Source: Trichormus sp. ATA11-4-KO1 (GTDB lineage: Bacteria; Cyanobacteriota; Cyanobacteriia; Cyanobacteriales; Nostocaceae). Taken from it: 64,000 nt of DNA. The notes under the pieces were generated by a model. That model saw only the letters and a program-made list of their open reading frames with translations, was not told the DNA's origin and made no database searches. Location of the stretch: assembly GCA_019358915.1 (NCBI GenBank), contig JAHHIM010000001.1, positions 1 through 64,000 on the forward strand, written 5' to 3'. Numbering within the stretch: the stretch's first letter is position 1; the number at the start of each line of letters is the position of its first letter. The position numbers and the translations under genes are program-made. This document shows positions 11,534 through 20,691 of the stretch, piece after piece.

Positions 11534-12448
11534 GAGGTTGTTTGAAAAGTCAGGCAGGGTGTAAAAAAGCTCTCTCAGTATAAGCTGTGAATGAATAGTA
11601 AACAGCACCGAGAGAGTGACATGATGAGTAAAGCTTACCCCAGCAATCTAACCCGTAACCAATATGAATTTCTGAGTGACCTGATTCCAGAGGCAAAACC
11701 CGGTGGACGCAAGCGTGAAGTCGATATGTGGTCAGTCATAAACGCCATTTTCTATGTCTTGGTTGAGGGAGTGCGATGGCGAGGGTTACCGGGAGACTTT
11801 CCTCCCTGGCAAACAGTGTACACATATTTCCGCAATTGGCGTAAAGATGGGACGTGGTTGCACATCCACGACAGGTTAAGAGAGTGGACGAGAATCGATA
11901 TTGAACGCCATCCGAGTCCATCCGAAGCCATAATCGACAGTCAAAGTGTGAAAACTGCGGCAATGGTGAGTCAAGAAGTTGGGTTTGATTCAGGGAAGAA
12001 AATTAAAGGACGTAAACGATTTATGACGGTTGATACCTTGGGGTTAGTGTTGCGGGTCTTGGTCACAGCAGCCAGTGTGGGTGAACGTTCTGGGGGTAAA
12101 CAAGTTCTCAAACGAGTCAAACAGTCTCATCAAAAGATATCTCGCTTGACAACGCTCTGGGTCGATGGTGGCTTTGATGGTGAACCGTTTATGCAATGGA
12201 TAATGAATTTTTGCCGTTGGATTGTGCAGGTGGTGTTGCGCCCAGAGCAAACCAAGGGCTTTATCTTGCTCAAAAAACGTTGGGTGGTTGAGCGCACTTT
12301 TGGTTGGCTTATGGGATGTCGGCGTTTGGTTAGAGACTATGAGTTATTACCCGAAACATCAGAGACGTTTATCTACCTTGCTATGATCCGCATCATGGTG
12401 AGGCGATTAGCATAAATTTTGACCGCTCAAAACTTTTCAAACATCCTC
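11534..12448 (+). mobile_element. IS5-family insertion sequence (IS1031-like), 915 bp
   Basis: 17-bp terminal inverted repeats GAGGTTGTTTGAAAAGT (11534-11550) and ACTTTTCAAACATCCTC (12432-12448), one mismatch, enclosing a single transposase ORF. Confidence 0.9.
11591..12415 (+). CDS. IS5-family DDE transposase
   Basis: YPSNLT, WRGLPGDFPPWQTVY, IIDSQSVK, GKKIKGRKR, VDGGF and KRWVVERTFGWL motifs; frame intact. Confidence 0.93.
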   Translation: MNSKQHRESDMMSKAYPSNLTRNQYEFLSDLIPEAKPGGRKREVDMWSVINAIFYVLVEGVRWRGLPGDFPPWQTVYTYFRNWRKDGTWLHIHDRLREWTRIDIERHPSPSEAIIDSQSVKTAAMVSQEVGFDSGKKIKGRKRFMTVDTLGLVLRVLVTAASVGERSGGKQVLKRVKQSHQKISRLTTLWVDGGFDGEPFMQWIMNFCRWIVQVVLRPEQTKGFILLKKRWVVERTFGWLMGCRRLVRDYELLPETSETFIYLAMIRIMVRRLA

Positions 12449-13421
12449 TAACACTGGGTTAATCATTTGACTATTTATTCATCTCAATGACTACCTTTTG
12501 ATTGGTTCGACCCTGAAATTGGTACAAATTGACAAAACTACCATTACTTCTGACTAAAGGGCGATCGCTGTTACCTAAATTGCCTTTGATTACTTGACCA
12601 TTGAGTGAAATAGTTGCAATCTGTGGTTTTTCCTGGGGATTAAATATGGTAGATGTACTAGAAATATCTCTTCTTCTGGCTGCGGTAACAAAAGAGTGAA
12701 CTTGAGAAACAGGGATGGCAAAGCTTATGCCTGTATTCAGTCTCTCACCGGTGGAAATTACTGCGGTATTCACTCCCACGACTTGACCTTGGGTATTGAG
12801 AAGTGGGCCTCCGGAGTTCCCACCCATAATGACGGCATCATGTTGAATTGCGCCATTATTTGAGTTAATCCGAGTGATGTAACCTTGGGTAAACGTATTT
12901 TGCAAGTCTGCATGGAGAGGAGTCCCAAGGGAAAAAACGCGATCGCCTACTGAAGCAGATCCAGCAGTAGCCAAAGGTAATGCAGACAAGTTTTTCTGAT
13001 TATGGATTTTAAGAACTGCTAAATCTAATCCTGCTTTGGCAAAACCCAGTACATCAGCCGCTACTCTTCTTCCATCGGCGAAAACCACTGTCACTACACT
13101 AGGAAAATCATGAGGATTATAACCTTCTGGTCTACTTGGTGGTGGTTTAATAACATGGGCGTTGGTGATAATTAACCCATCTTGACTGACAACAAAACCA
13201 CTTCCATGACCTATATCTGTTACAACTGTCACTGTAGCAGGATTAGCTTTTTGATATACTTGACGAGAAATTCGTTCCTCTGCTGTTTGCGCTAAGGCAG
13301 TATGAGAGTGCCAAACTTCCTTGTGGTTATTCAGTAGTAGCTGTTCGATGCTGGTGCCGCTAATAACGGTTAATGTTGTACAAATTGCGCAGGTGCCAAG
13401 CTGTAAAAATTGGTTTTTCAT
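12449..13421 (-). pseudogene. trypsin-like (S1C/HtrA-type) secreted serine protease, C-terminally truncated
   Basis: GSGFVV, TNAHV, DLAVL and GGNSGGPL catalytic motifs. The ORF stops at 12471 partway into a PPC-like domain; a shifted frame continues SQMINPVL up to the IS end. Confidence 0.75.
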
Positions 13422-13828
13422 CGCTTAACAAAAAGTGAATGTATAATTGAAAACTCATAAAATCTTGAATGTGGGAAATTGTCAGCGTTAAGCACAAGTT
13501 TAAAATTTTTAGAACCGTAAAAAGTTTAAAGATTGGCTAAGTTTTGCTGATATTTAGGTTATTTAACCACAAGCTTCTGTCTTAATTAGGTAAGCGATCG
13601 CTTGCTTCTATTGGGATATCGGCTTGAGCTTGTGGTTTATACGCAGATCGATAATTTAATTACAAAACTTTACTTTTAGCTGAAGGCGATCGACTTCGTA
13701 AATTACGTAAGTTCGACAAGTGGAAAAAACCTCTCCCCTGCAAGGCTACTGTGTACACACAAGTCTTAAAATCCTACCTAAGCCTTGGTTTCGTGCCCTA
13801 GCCCTCAAATTAGCGGCATAAATAGAGT

Positions 13829-13935
13829 TAGGACTGACGCACAAGTTACGGAAGAATTGTTCGCGTAGCGCATACCGCAGAGCCACAGAGAACACGGAGG
13901 AATGAGAGTTAGAGAAGTATTTTGCTTAAGTCCTA
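13829..13935. repeat. MITE-like dispersed repeat with terminal inverted repeats
   Basis: TAGGACTGACGCA ... TGCTTAAGTCCTA termini; a related terminus TGCGTAAGTCCT occurs near 114-125. Confidence 0.6.
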
Positions 13936-14075
13936 TATCTTTGTCGCTAGATTGGGAAATCCCAAATATTACCAAGTATTATTACTGAAATACAACCTAA
14001 ACTTTGTGTATAACAATTTTCAATTAAACTGCTGAAGTGAAAATTTATGCAGAGTTAAATCTAGACCCAAACATT

Positions 14076-14146
14076 AAAAAGTGCCTAGGAGTGTTGCCGT
14101 GTTTCCACCCCAGGCACTTTTTACTTTTAACTTGCTCCTCACACAC
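14076..14146 (-). ncRNA. yfr2: Yfr2-family small RNA, copy 1
   Basis: Minus strand GTGTGTGAGGAGCAAG...AAAAAGTGCCTGGGGT-GGAAACACGGCAAC-ACTCCTAGGCACTTTTT: 5' GUGAGGAG motif plus hairpin with GGAAACA loop. Confidence 0.8.
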
Positions 14147-14229
14147 AAATAGAGAATATCACCTAAAATAGGCGATGGCAAGTGTAGTGAGTGACACTTT
14201 GATAAGTGGACAATTTTTAAAAGTCAATT

Positions 14230-14300
14230 AAAAAGCGCCTGGGAGTGTTGCCGTGTTTCCACCCCAAGCGCTTTTTATTTTTAACATGCTCCTCACACAC
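14230..14300 (-). ncRNA. yfr2: Yfr2-family small RNA, copy 2
   Basis: Minus strand GTGTGTGAGGAGCATG...AAAAAGCGCTTGGGGT-GGAAACACGGCAAC-ACTCCCAGGCGCTTTTT; stem changes relative to copy 1 preserve pairing. Confidence 0.8.
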
Positions 14301-14383
14301 AATTAAAGGATACTATCGTTTTGTTAAAAACCAAGTATGGTGAGTGACAGTTTGCTAAGTGTACCATGCTTACTGACAAGAAA

Positions 14384-15904
14384 TTAGTGTAAAAAGTGAC
14401 GTACACCAGTGAACACCATGACTAAACCCAATTCATTAGCAGCTTTGATGGAATCTTGATCACGCAAACTTCCCCCTGGCTGGACGATCGCAGTAATTCC
14501 TGCGGCGGCGGCTGTTTTCACAGAATCATCGAAAGGGAAGAACCCATCGCTGGCGAGAATTGCACCCTGGGCTTTTTCCCCAGCTTGTTCTAGGGCAATT
14601 TTAACTGAGCCAACGCGATTCATTTGACCAGCACCTACACCTAAGCTAGTGCGATCGCTTGTGACGACAATGGCATTTGATTTCACGTGTTTGCAGACTT
14701 TCCAAGCAAAGAGTAATTCAGCTAATTCATCTGCGGTGGGTTGACGTTCGGTGACAATTTGCCATTGACTAGTATCTGCGATCGCATCATCGGCTGCTTG
14801 TACTAAAAACCCACCTGCGATCGCCTTGACTGTATCCTTGGCACCACTACTCAAATCTGCTAAAGTCAAAACTCGCAGGTTGGATTTCTTCGCAAGAATT
14901 TCTTGAGCTTCTGCATCGCAACCTGGTGCAACCACGCATTCTAAAAATGTCTTAGTTAACTCATTTGCCGTAGCAACGTCAATCGGACGGTTAAGTGCCA
15001 CAATTCCACCAAAGGCCGAAACTGAATCAGCGTTAAAAGCTTTTTGGTAAGCTTCCACAACGGTATTTCCCAAAGCCGTCCCGCAGGGGTTGGTATGTTT
15101 GATAATCGTTGCAGCTGGAGTATCATTGAACTCAGCAATAATCCGGCGTGCAGCTTCTAAATCAACCAGGTTATTGTAACTAAGTTCTTTACCTTGCAGT
15201 TTTGTAGCGGCTGTCCATCCCGTTGGGGTAGTCCCAGTTTGATACCAGGCGGCGCTTTGATGAGGGTTTTCACCGTAACGCAGAGATTGTAATTGTGTCC
15301 CGCTTAGAGTGTATTGCTGGGTACCAGAGAGGTAAGAGGCTATTGCTTGATCGTAACTAGCAGTATGCAAAAAACCTTTTAAAGCAGCTTTTTGGCGAAA
15401 CTCCAGGGACGCTTCCCCGTTATTTTGGCGTAATTCCTGCAAATACTCGTTATATTGTACCGGGTCACATAACACAGTGAGATGGGCAAAATTTTTCGAG
15501 GAAGCCCTAAGCATCGCCGGGCCACCGATATCAATTTGCTCAACTGCCTCAGATAATGTTACTCCTGGTTTAGCGATCGTTTCCTCAAAAGGATAAAGAT
15601 TCACTACTACTAAATCAATTGGGCGAATTTGGTTATTTTCTAAATCCGTCACATCTTGGGGAACATCTTTTCGTGCCAAAATTCCGCCATGAATGCGGGG
15701 ATGTAGCGTTTTGACTCGACCACCTAAAATTTCTGGTGAACCTGTGTAATCTGCGACTTTGGTAACAGGGAGTCCCGCATCTTTGAGAGCTTGGGCTGTT
15801 CCCCCACTGCTGATTAAATCAAAGTCAAATTCTTCGACCAAGCTCCGAGCTAAATCGATTATACCAGTCTTATTAGATACACTCAGCAGTGCTAGACGCG
15901 CCAT
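14384..15904 (-). CDS. purH: bifunctional AICAR transformylase/IMP cyclohydrolase
   Basis: ALLSVSNK, GGRVKTLHP, IDIGGP, LRYGENPHQ, SDGFFPF and GVRHFLH motifs. Confidence 0.98.
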   Translation of the reverse strand: MARLALLSVSNKTGIIDLARSLVEEFDFDLISSGGTAQALKDAGLPVTKVADYTGSPEILGGRVKTLHPRIHGGILARKDVPQDVTDLENNQIRPIDLVVVNLYPFEETIAKPGVTLSEAVEQIDIGGPAMLRASSKNFAHLTVLCDPVQYNEYLQELRQNNGEASLEFRQKAALKGFLHTASYDQAIASYLSGTQQYTLSGTQLQSLRYGENPHQSAAWYQTGTTPTGWTAATKLQGKELSYNNLVDLEAARRIIAEFNDTPAATIIKHTNPCGTALGNTVVEAYQKAFNADSVSAFGGIVALNRPIDVATANELTKTFLECVVAPGCDAEAQEILAKKSNLRVLTLADLSSGAKDTVKAIAGGFLVQAADDAIADTSQWQIVTERQPTADELAELLFAWKVCKHVKSNAIVVTSDRTSLGVGAGQMNRVGSVKIALEQAGEKAQGAILASDGFFPFDDSVKTAAAAGITAIVQPGGSLRDQDSIKAANELGLVMVFTGVRHFLH

Positions 15905-16193
15905 GTTGCAATTCCTCAAAAGTCATGAAGCCGAAAGACCCCAATTTTTACATAAGCTTTAGCTCACTTCAAGACCATGAAGAATTATTCTTCAATAAAA
16001 GTCTGGTTCATTAACCATATATTGGCAAATTTCTGAGGTGGACATTCGCAATCATTAATGGACATAACACCCAATTACGATGATGAAGCAGAAAGAAAAA
16101 TTCTGGAGCATGTCCAAAAAGCTTGTACTCAAGAAAAATGAAGATAAATAATCAATAATAGGATAATTATGTGACCATTTTTTGTTGCTATAT

Positions 16194-16715
16194 TTACCAT
16201 CTTCCTGCTTTCCAATCTTCACCACCAGGTAACTGAGTTAAGGTTTCTGCTACAACTGCTGGTAATTCTTTAGCTGAATAAGAATAAGTTAAGGCTAAAA
16301 ACTTTAAAGCATTCTCAATTAACCTAGTTCTATCTATGATGTCAGCAAGTTGAAATTGACTGTACTTCCCATTCATTACTTCCACACTGGCATCAGCTAT
16401 GGCATCTTCAATTACTTCCTCTTCTATCAAATTTTCCCATTCATCTTGATTTATATAATAAAACTTTTTATTATCTTTAATATTTAGCTTTTTAATTTCT
16501 CGGATGGAATTACGAATAGAAGCAACCCAAGAATTTGTTAATTTTTGCTCTATTTGATTTTTAATTAAATGAATTAGCAAAATGTTGACATAAGATTGGA
16601 TATTACGCAGAATTGCTTGTTTACTCATCCCCTCTAATTCATCGACAATTGCCAAAGCATCTGCATAACGTCCTTGTAAAATACTATTTCTGAGGTCGAT
16701 GAATTCCTGTGTCAT
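16194..16715 (-). CDS. DUF29-family protein
   Basis: MTQEFIDLR...ELEGMSK...LLIHLIK...SWVASIRNS resembles the cyanobacterial DUF29 family. Confidence 0.7.
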   Translation of the reverse strand: MTQEFIDLRNSILQGRYADALAIVDELEGMSKQAILRNIQSYVNILLIHLIKNQIEQKLTNSWVASIRNSIREIKKLNIKDNKKFYYINQDEWENLIEEEVIEDAIADASVEVMNGKYSQFQLADIIDRTRLIENALKFLALTYSYSAKELPAVVAETLTQLPGGEDWKAGRW

Positions 16716-16840
16716 TTGACTGTCTGCCTCCCTGACAAAGGTAATACAACAATACATACAATATTAACTGCTATTGAGGCTAGGAGTAGGTGATAAATAA
16801 AGATAAAATTGTTAGGCTTGCTGATTATAGTTCACCGCCA

Positions 16841-17881
16841 TTATTGGGGAAAAACTTTAACAGCATCATCAGCCACAGATACCTGTACCCGTGCGCCTAT
16901 AGGTAATGCCATATCAGTCATTGTCCGCGCGTGGAGTTCCTTCCCAGAGGGAGTTTTTAAACAATATAGGTACTCACGCCCTAAAAACCGCCGACTGCGA
17001 ATCACGACAGGAGAATCACTAGCAGGTTGGATGATTAAGCCTTCCTGGCGGATCATAATTTCGCCAGTATCATGGTTGTGATTAGCTGCAACCTCAAAAC
17101 AACCAACTTCTGTTTCCCATAGATTACCTTGACGACGGGCGGGAAGGAAATTGGCTTGAGTGACAAATTCGGCAACGAATCGTGATGCTGGATGAGTATA
17201 AATTTCTTCTGGTGTACCGATTTGTTCTAAGTGTCCTTGCCGCATCACACCCACAATATCCGAAATAGCTAGTGCTTCTTCTTGATCGTGGGTAACAAAA
17301 ATAGCTGAAGTCCCCGCCGCTTTCAAAATGTCTCGCACTTCTTCGCGCAACCGCAATCTCACTTGAATATCAAGATTGCTCAAAGGTTCATCCAAAAGCA
17401 TCAGTTGAGGTTGGGGTGCTAAAGCACGAGCCAGGGCCACCCGTTGCTGCTGTCCGCCAGAGAGTTCGTAAGGGTAGCGTTTTTCTAAGCCTGCGAGTCT
17501 TACTAAATCAATGACTTCGGCTGTACGTGTTTGTATTTGCTGTTTACTAAAATGTTTCAACCCAAAAGCGACATTTTCTGCCACAGTCAGATGGGGAAAT
17601 AAAGCATAATCTTGAAAAACAATGCCAATGTCACGCTGTTCAGCAGGGATATAAGTAGAGATGTTGCTAACTATCTGGCCGCCAATTGCAATTGTTCCTG
17701 CTTGCAGGCGCTCAAAACCAGCAATCAGCCGCAATAGCGTAGTTTTACCGCAACCAGACGGGCCGAGCAATCCCAATACATCTCCTGGTTGCAATGTAAA
17801 AGATACGTTATCTACTGCGGGAGAGGCATGTGCGGAAAACTGCTTGGTGACATTCTGTAAGTGAACAATTGCTTGTTGCAT
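16841..17881 (-). CDS. Fe3+ ABC transporter ATP-binding protein (FutC/FbpC-like)
   Basis: GPSGCGKT, VFQDYALFPHL, LSGGQQQRV and LLDEP motifs; C-terminal TOBE-like region; operon context. Confidence 0.9.
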   Translation of the reverse strand: MQQAIVHLQNVTKQFSAHASPAVDNVSFTLQPGDVLGLLGPSGCGKTTLLRLIAGFERLQAGTIAIGGQIVSNISTYIPAEQRDIGIVFQDYALFPHLTVAENVAFGLKHFSKQQIQTRTAEVIDLVRLAGLEKRYPYELSGGQQQRVALARALAPQPQLMLLDEPLSNLDIQVRLRLREEVRDILKAAGTSAIFVTHDQEEALAISDIVGVMRQGHLEQIGTPEEIYTHPASRFVAEFVTQANFLPARRQGNLWETEVGCFEVAANHNHDTGEIMIRQEGLIIQPASDSPVVIRSRRFLGREYLYCLKTPSGKELHARTMTDMALPIGARVQVSVADDAVKVFPQ

Positions 17882-17905
17882 AGGTAGATAACACAGGCTA
17901 GGAAA

Positions 17906-19525
17906 TTAGAATTTGGTTTGGATTTCGGCTTTACTAATTATTTGCTCTTTCTTAATGTTCTCTTGGGATAACACCAATAAAGTTGAACCCATAGAAACCA
18001 GCAGCATCGCTAATGAGGCAGATGCAGCGTCAGCAAAATCCACATTTTCTGTAGCTTGCCAAATTTGTGCGGCTAAGGTGGTAAAGCCTATGGGTGCTAA
18101 TAGCATCGTCGCCGGTAATTCTTTAATTGCTGTGAGAAACACCAACACGGCTCCACTCAACACACCAGGTCTCACTAGAGGAAGGGTGACTTCTCGTAAG
18201 GTTTGCCAAGCATTTCTCCCTAAACTGCGTGCTGATTCTTCTAGTTGGGGATTGACTTGTAAAAGACAAGTGCGTACTGTTCCTACTGATTGCGGTAAAA
18301 ATAATACTAAATATGCAAACACGAGCATTGGTAGAGTTTGGTACAAAGCTGGTAGATAGTTGGCACCAAAAAATACCAAGGATAAGGCGATAACAATTCC
18401 TGGCACACCAAATCCCACATAAGAACAGCGTTCAATAATAGCGGTGATTCTCGTGGGAAACCTGACTGATAAAATTGCCACTGGCAAGGCAAAAATTGTG
18501 GTTGCTAAAGCCGCTAGTCCAGCTGCCGAAACTGAGTTCAGGGTACTGGGTAACAAATTAGGAAAGTCGTAGCCACTGTTAAGTCCCCGAATTAGCCAAA
18601 ATAAGGTGATACCTACTGGTAGTACTACACCGAAGCTAGTGATTAGTAAGCAAAAGCCCACAGCAGGCCATTTCCAAATTCCCAACTTGACAATTTTAGG
18701 TGGACGTAGGGAAGCGGAACCACGACTGTAATATGCAGCCCGCGATCGCACTCGATACTCTAGCCATAAAATCAGCAATACTAGTGCCACCAACATTAAA
18801 GATAAAGCGGCAGCTGTGTTGCGGTTAAAACTAGCTTTGTATTGTAGAAAAATTGCCCTGGTAAAGGCATCAAACCGCATCAGCGAAGGTGTACCAAAGT
18901 CGCGTAAAGCATACAAGGCTACCAATAATCCCCCGGCAATCATTGATGGTTTTAGCTGGGGTAAAACTACCTTAAAAAAGGTTTCTCTACTGCTATAACC
19001 TAAACTACGAGCGGCTTCCTCTAAAAAAGGGTCGATACCTTGCAAGCCAGAACGTACACTGAGGAGTAGATAAGGATAGGTAAATAAAGTTATTGCTAAC
19101 ACTGTCCCCGGAAAACCATAAATAGAAGGCAATTCTTCTACGCCCAAGGGTTGCAGCAATAACTGTAAAAAGCTCCCTCTCGGTGCTAAGGTCGCAATCA
19201 AAGCAAAACTACCCACATAGCTGGGAACTGCCAAGGGCAATGTGGTCGCTACCAACCAAAAACCTCGTCCTGGTAAGTCTGTCCGCACAGTTAAAAATGC
19301 TAATGGCACAGCAATCAGCGCTGAAAATAACGTTACTGTTGCTGCCATAGCTGCACTATTGAAAAAAATCATGACGTTGCGGGGACGAGAAATTAATTCC
19401 CAGAATTCTTCCCCGCCAATACCTGCTGCACGGATGACTAAATATACTAATGGCAGGGTAATGGCTACTGCCACCACCGCCGCCGCTAAGATGAGAAATA
19501 ATGGAGGGCGAACCGAGGATTTCAA
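17906..19525 (-). CDS. Fe3+ ABC transporter permease (FutB/FbpB-like)
   Basis: Two EAA loops (LEEAARSLG, LEESARSLG) and many TM helices. Confidence 0.9.
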   Translation of the reverse strand: MKSSVRPPLFLILAAAVVAVAITLPLVYLVIRAAGIGGEEFWELISRPRNVMIFFNSAAMAATVTLFSALIAVPLAFLTVRTDLPGRGFWLVATTLPLAVPSYVGSFALIATLAPRGSFLQLLLQPLGVEELPSIYGFPGTVLAITLFTYPYLLLSVRSGLQGIDPFLEEAARSLGYSSRETFFKVVLPQLKPSMIAGGLLVALYALRDFGTPSLMRFDAFTRAIFLQYKASFNRNTAAALSLMLVALVLLILWLEYRVRSRAAYYSRGSASLRPPKIVKLGIWKWPAVGFCLLITSFGVVLPVGITLFWLIRGLNSGYDFPNLLPSTLNSVSAAGLAALATTIFALPVAILSVRFPTRITAIIERCSYVGFGVPGIVIALSLVFFGANYLPALYQTLPMLVFAYLVLFLPQSVGTVRTCLLQVNPQLEESARSLGRNAWQTLREVTLPLVRPGVLSGAVLVFLTAIKELPATMLLAPIGFTTLAAQIWQATENVDFADAASASLAMLLVSMGSTLLVLSQENIKKEQIISKAEIQTKF

Positions 19526-19528
19526 TTG

Positions 19529-20554
19529 CTACAAAACTCCTGCCTGCTGTAGTAATTCTAAAGTTCCTGGCAAATCATTCAAGTTTGTCAGGTTAATCTT
19601 GGGTGAATTGATCTGGCTCAGTGGTAATTGTTTCGCTGGCGCTGGTACTCCTGAAACTAGAGGATATTCGTTAGTTTGTTGGGCAAAATAAGTTTGTGAA
19701 CTGGGTTTGAGTAGGTAGTCAATCAATTTTTCTACTTCCGCTTTTTGTTTGGTGGAGTCTAGAATTGCGACTCCGGCGACGTTAAACATTGAGCCTGCGT
19801 CTTGTTTGGTGTAGTGATGAGCCACAGGGAAGTTAGGATTATCTTTTTGGAAGTTGGCTAAGTAGTAGTTGTTTACCAAACCAACATGAGCTTCTCCGCG
19901 TCCTAAAGCTTCGATGATCGCTGTGTTATTGCGGTAATCTTTAACTCCATTAGCTTTCATGGCTCGCAGCCATTGTAGAGTTCTTGGTTCTCCTTCCAAT
20001 ACCCGCATGGCGGTCACAAATGACTGAAATGAGCCGTTAGTTGGTGCCCAAGCAACTCTACCGCGCCAATTGGGTTTTGTTAAGTCCCAAATTGAATTTG
20101 GTAGCTCATTTTTCTTGACTAACTTGGTATTGTAGTCAATGACACGGGCACGCCCAGAGATTCCTAGCCAATGACCTTGGGGAGAGCGAAAACGCGGATC
20201 AACTTTGTTCAGCAGGTTAGGAGAAATTTGCTGTGTCCGCTTTAGTCTTTCTAATGTGCCTAAAGCACCAGCATCTTGGGCAAAAAACAAATCGGCACGG
20301 GTGTTTTTACCTTCTTCTATCAAGGCGATCGCTAATTCAGCTGTATCACCATAACGTACTTGGATATTCATACCCAAGTCCTTTTTGGCTTTTTCCAGCA
20401 ACGGCTCAATCAGCTTTTCTCCTCGACCTGAATAGATAGTCAGGGTTTTTGTTTGTGCATCTACACTTAACCCAACTCCCGAACTTAGCATAAAAGCTAA
20501 AGCTCCGGCTGAAACTTTCATTAATGGCAAAGTTTTCAATTTCCCCACTCCCAA
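19529..20554 (-). CDS. Fe3+ ABC transporter periplasmic binding protein (FutA/FbpA-like), Sec-type signal
   Basis: TIYSGR, FFAQDAGAL, VNNYY tyrosine pair and EYP motifs; true start uncertain (TTG 20554 or ATG 20521). Confidence 0.85.
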   Translation of the reverse strand: MGVGKLKTLPLMKVSAGALAFMLSSGVGLSVDAQTKTLTIYSGRGEKLIEPLLEKAKKDLGMNIQVRYGDTAELAIALIEEGKNTRADLFFAQDAGALGTLERLKRTQQISPNLLNKVDPRFRSPQGHWLGISGRARVIDYNTKLVKKNELPNSIWDLTKPNWRGRVAWAPTNGSFQSFVTAMRVLEGEPRTLQWLRAMKANGVKDYRNNTAIIEALGRGEAHVGLVNNYYLANFQKDNPNFPVAHHYTKQDAGSMFNVAGVAILDSTKQKAEVEKLIDYLLKPSSQTYFAQQTNEYPLVSGVPAPAKQLPLSQINSPKINLTNLNDLPGTLELLQQAGVL

Positions 20555-20691
20555 TTTTTCTTAACAGAAAGTTTTTGCAATAATTTTGCTATTTTTATTC
20601 ATTACCATTAACTTGTACTGATAAGCAAGAAAACTTCTCAAAAACTTGAGATTTTTTCTTACTTACCAAATTTAATGCGCTTATTAACAGC

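Noticed and set aside
14076..14300. Possible CRISPR mini-array from the two near-identical repeats
   Set aside because: Only two ~70-nt units with terminator-like hairpins and individual promoters, and no cas genes; Yfr2 sRNAs fit better.
16058..16141. 27-codon ORF MDITPNYDDEAERKILEHVQKACTQEK between purH and the DUF29 gene
   Set aside because: Too short, no SD, no recognisable family; it may be a gene remnant but cannot be supported.
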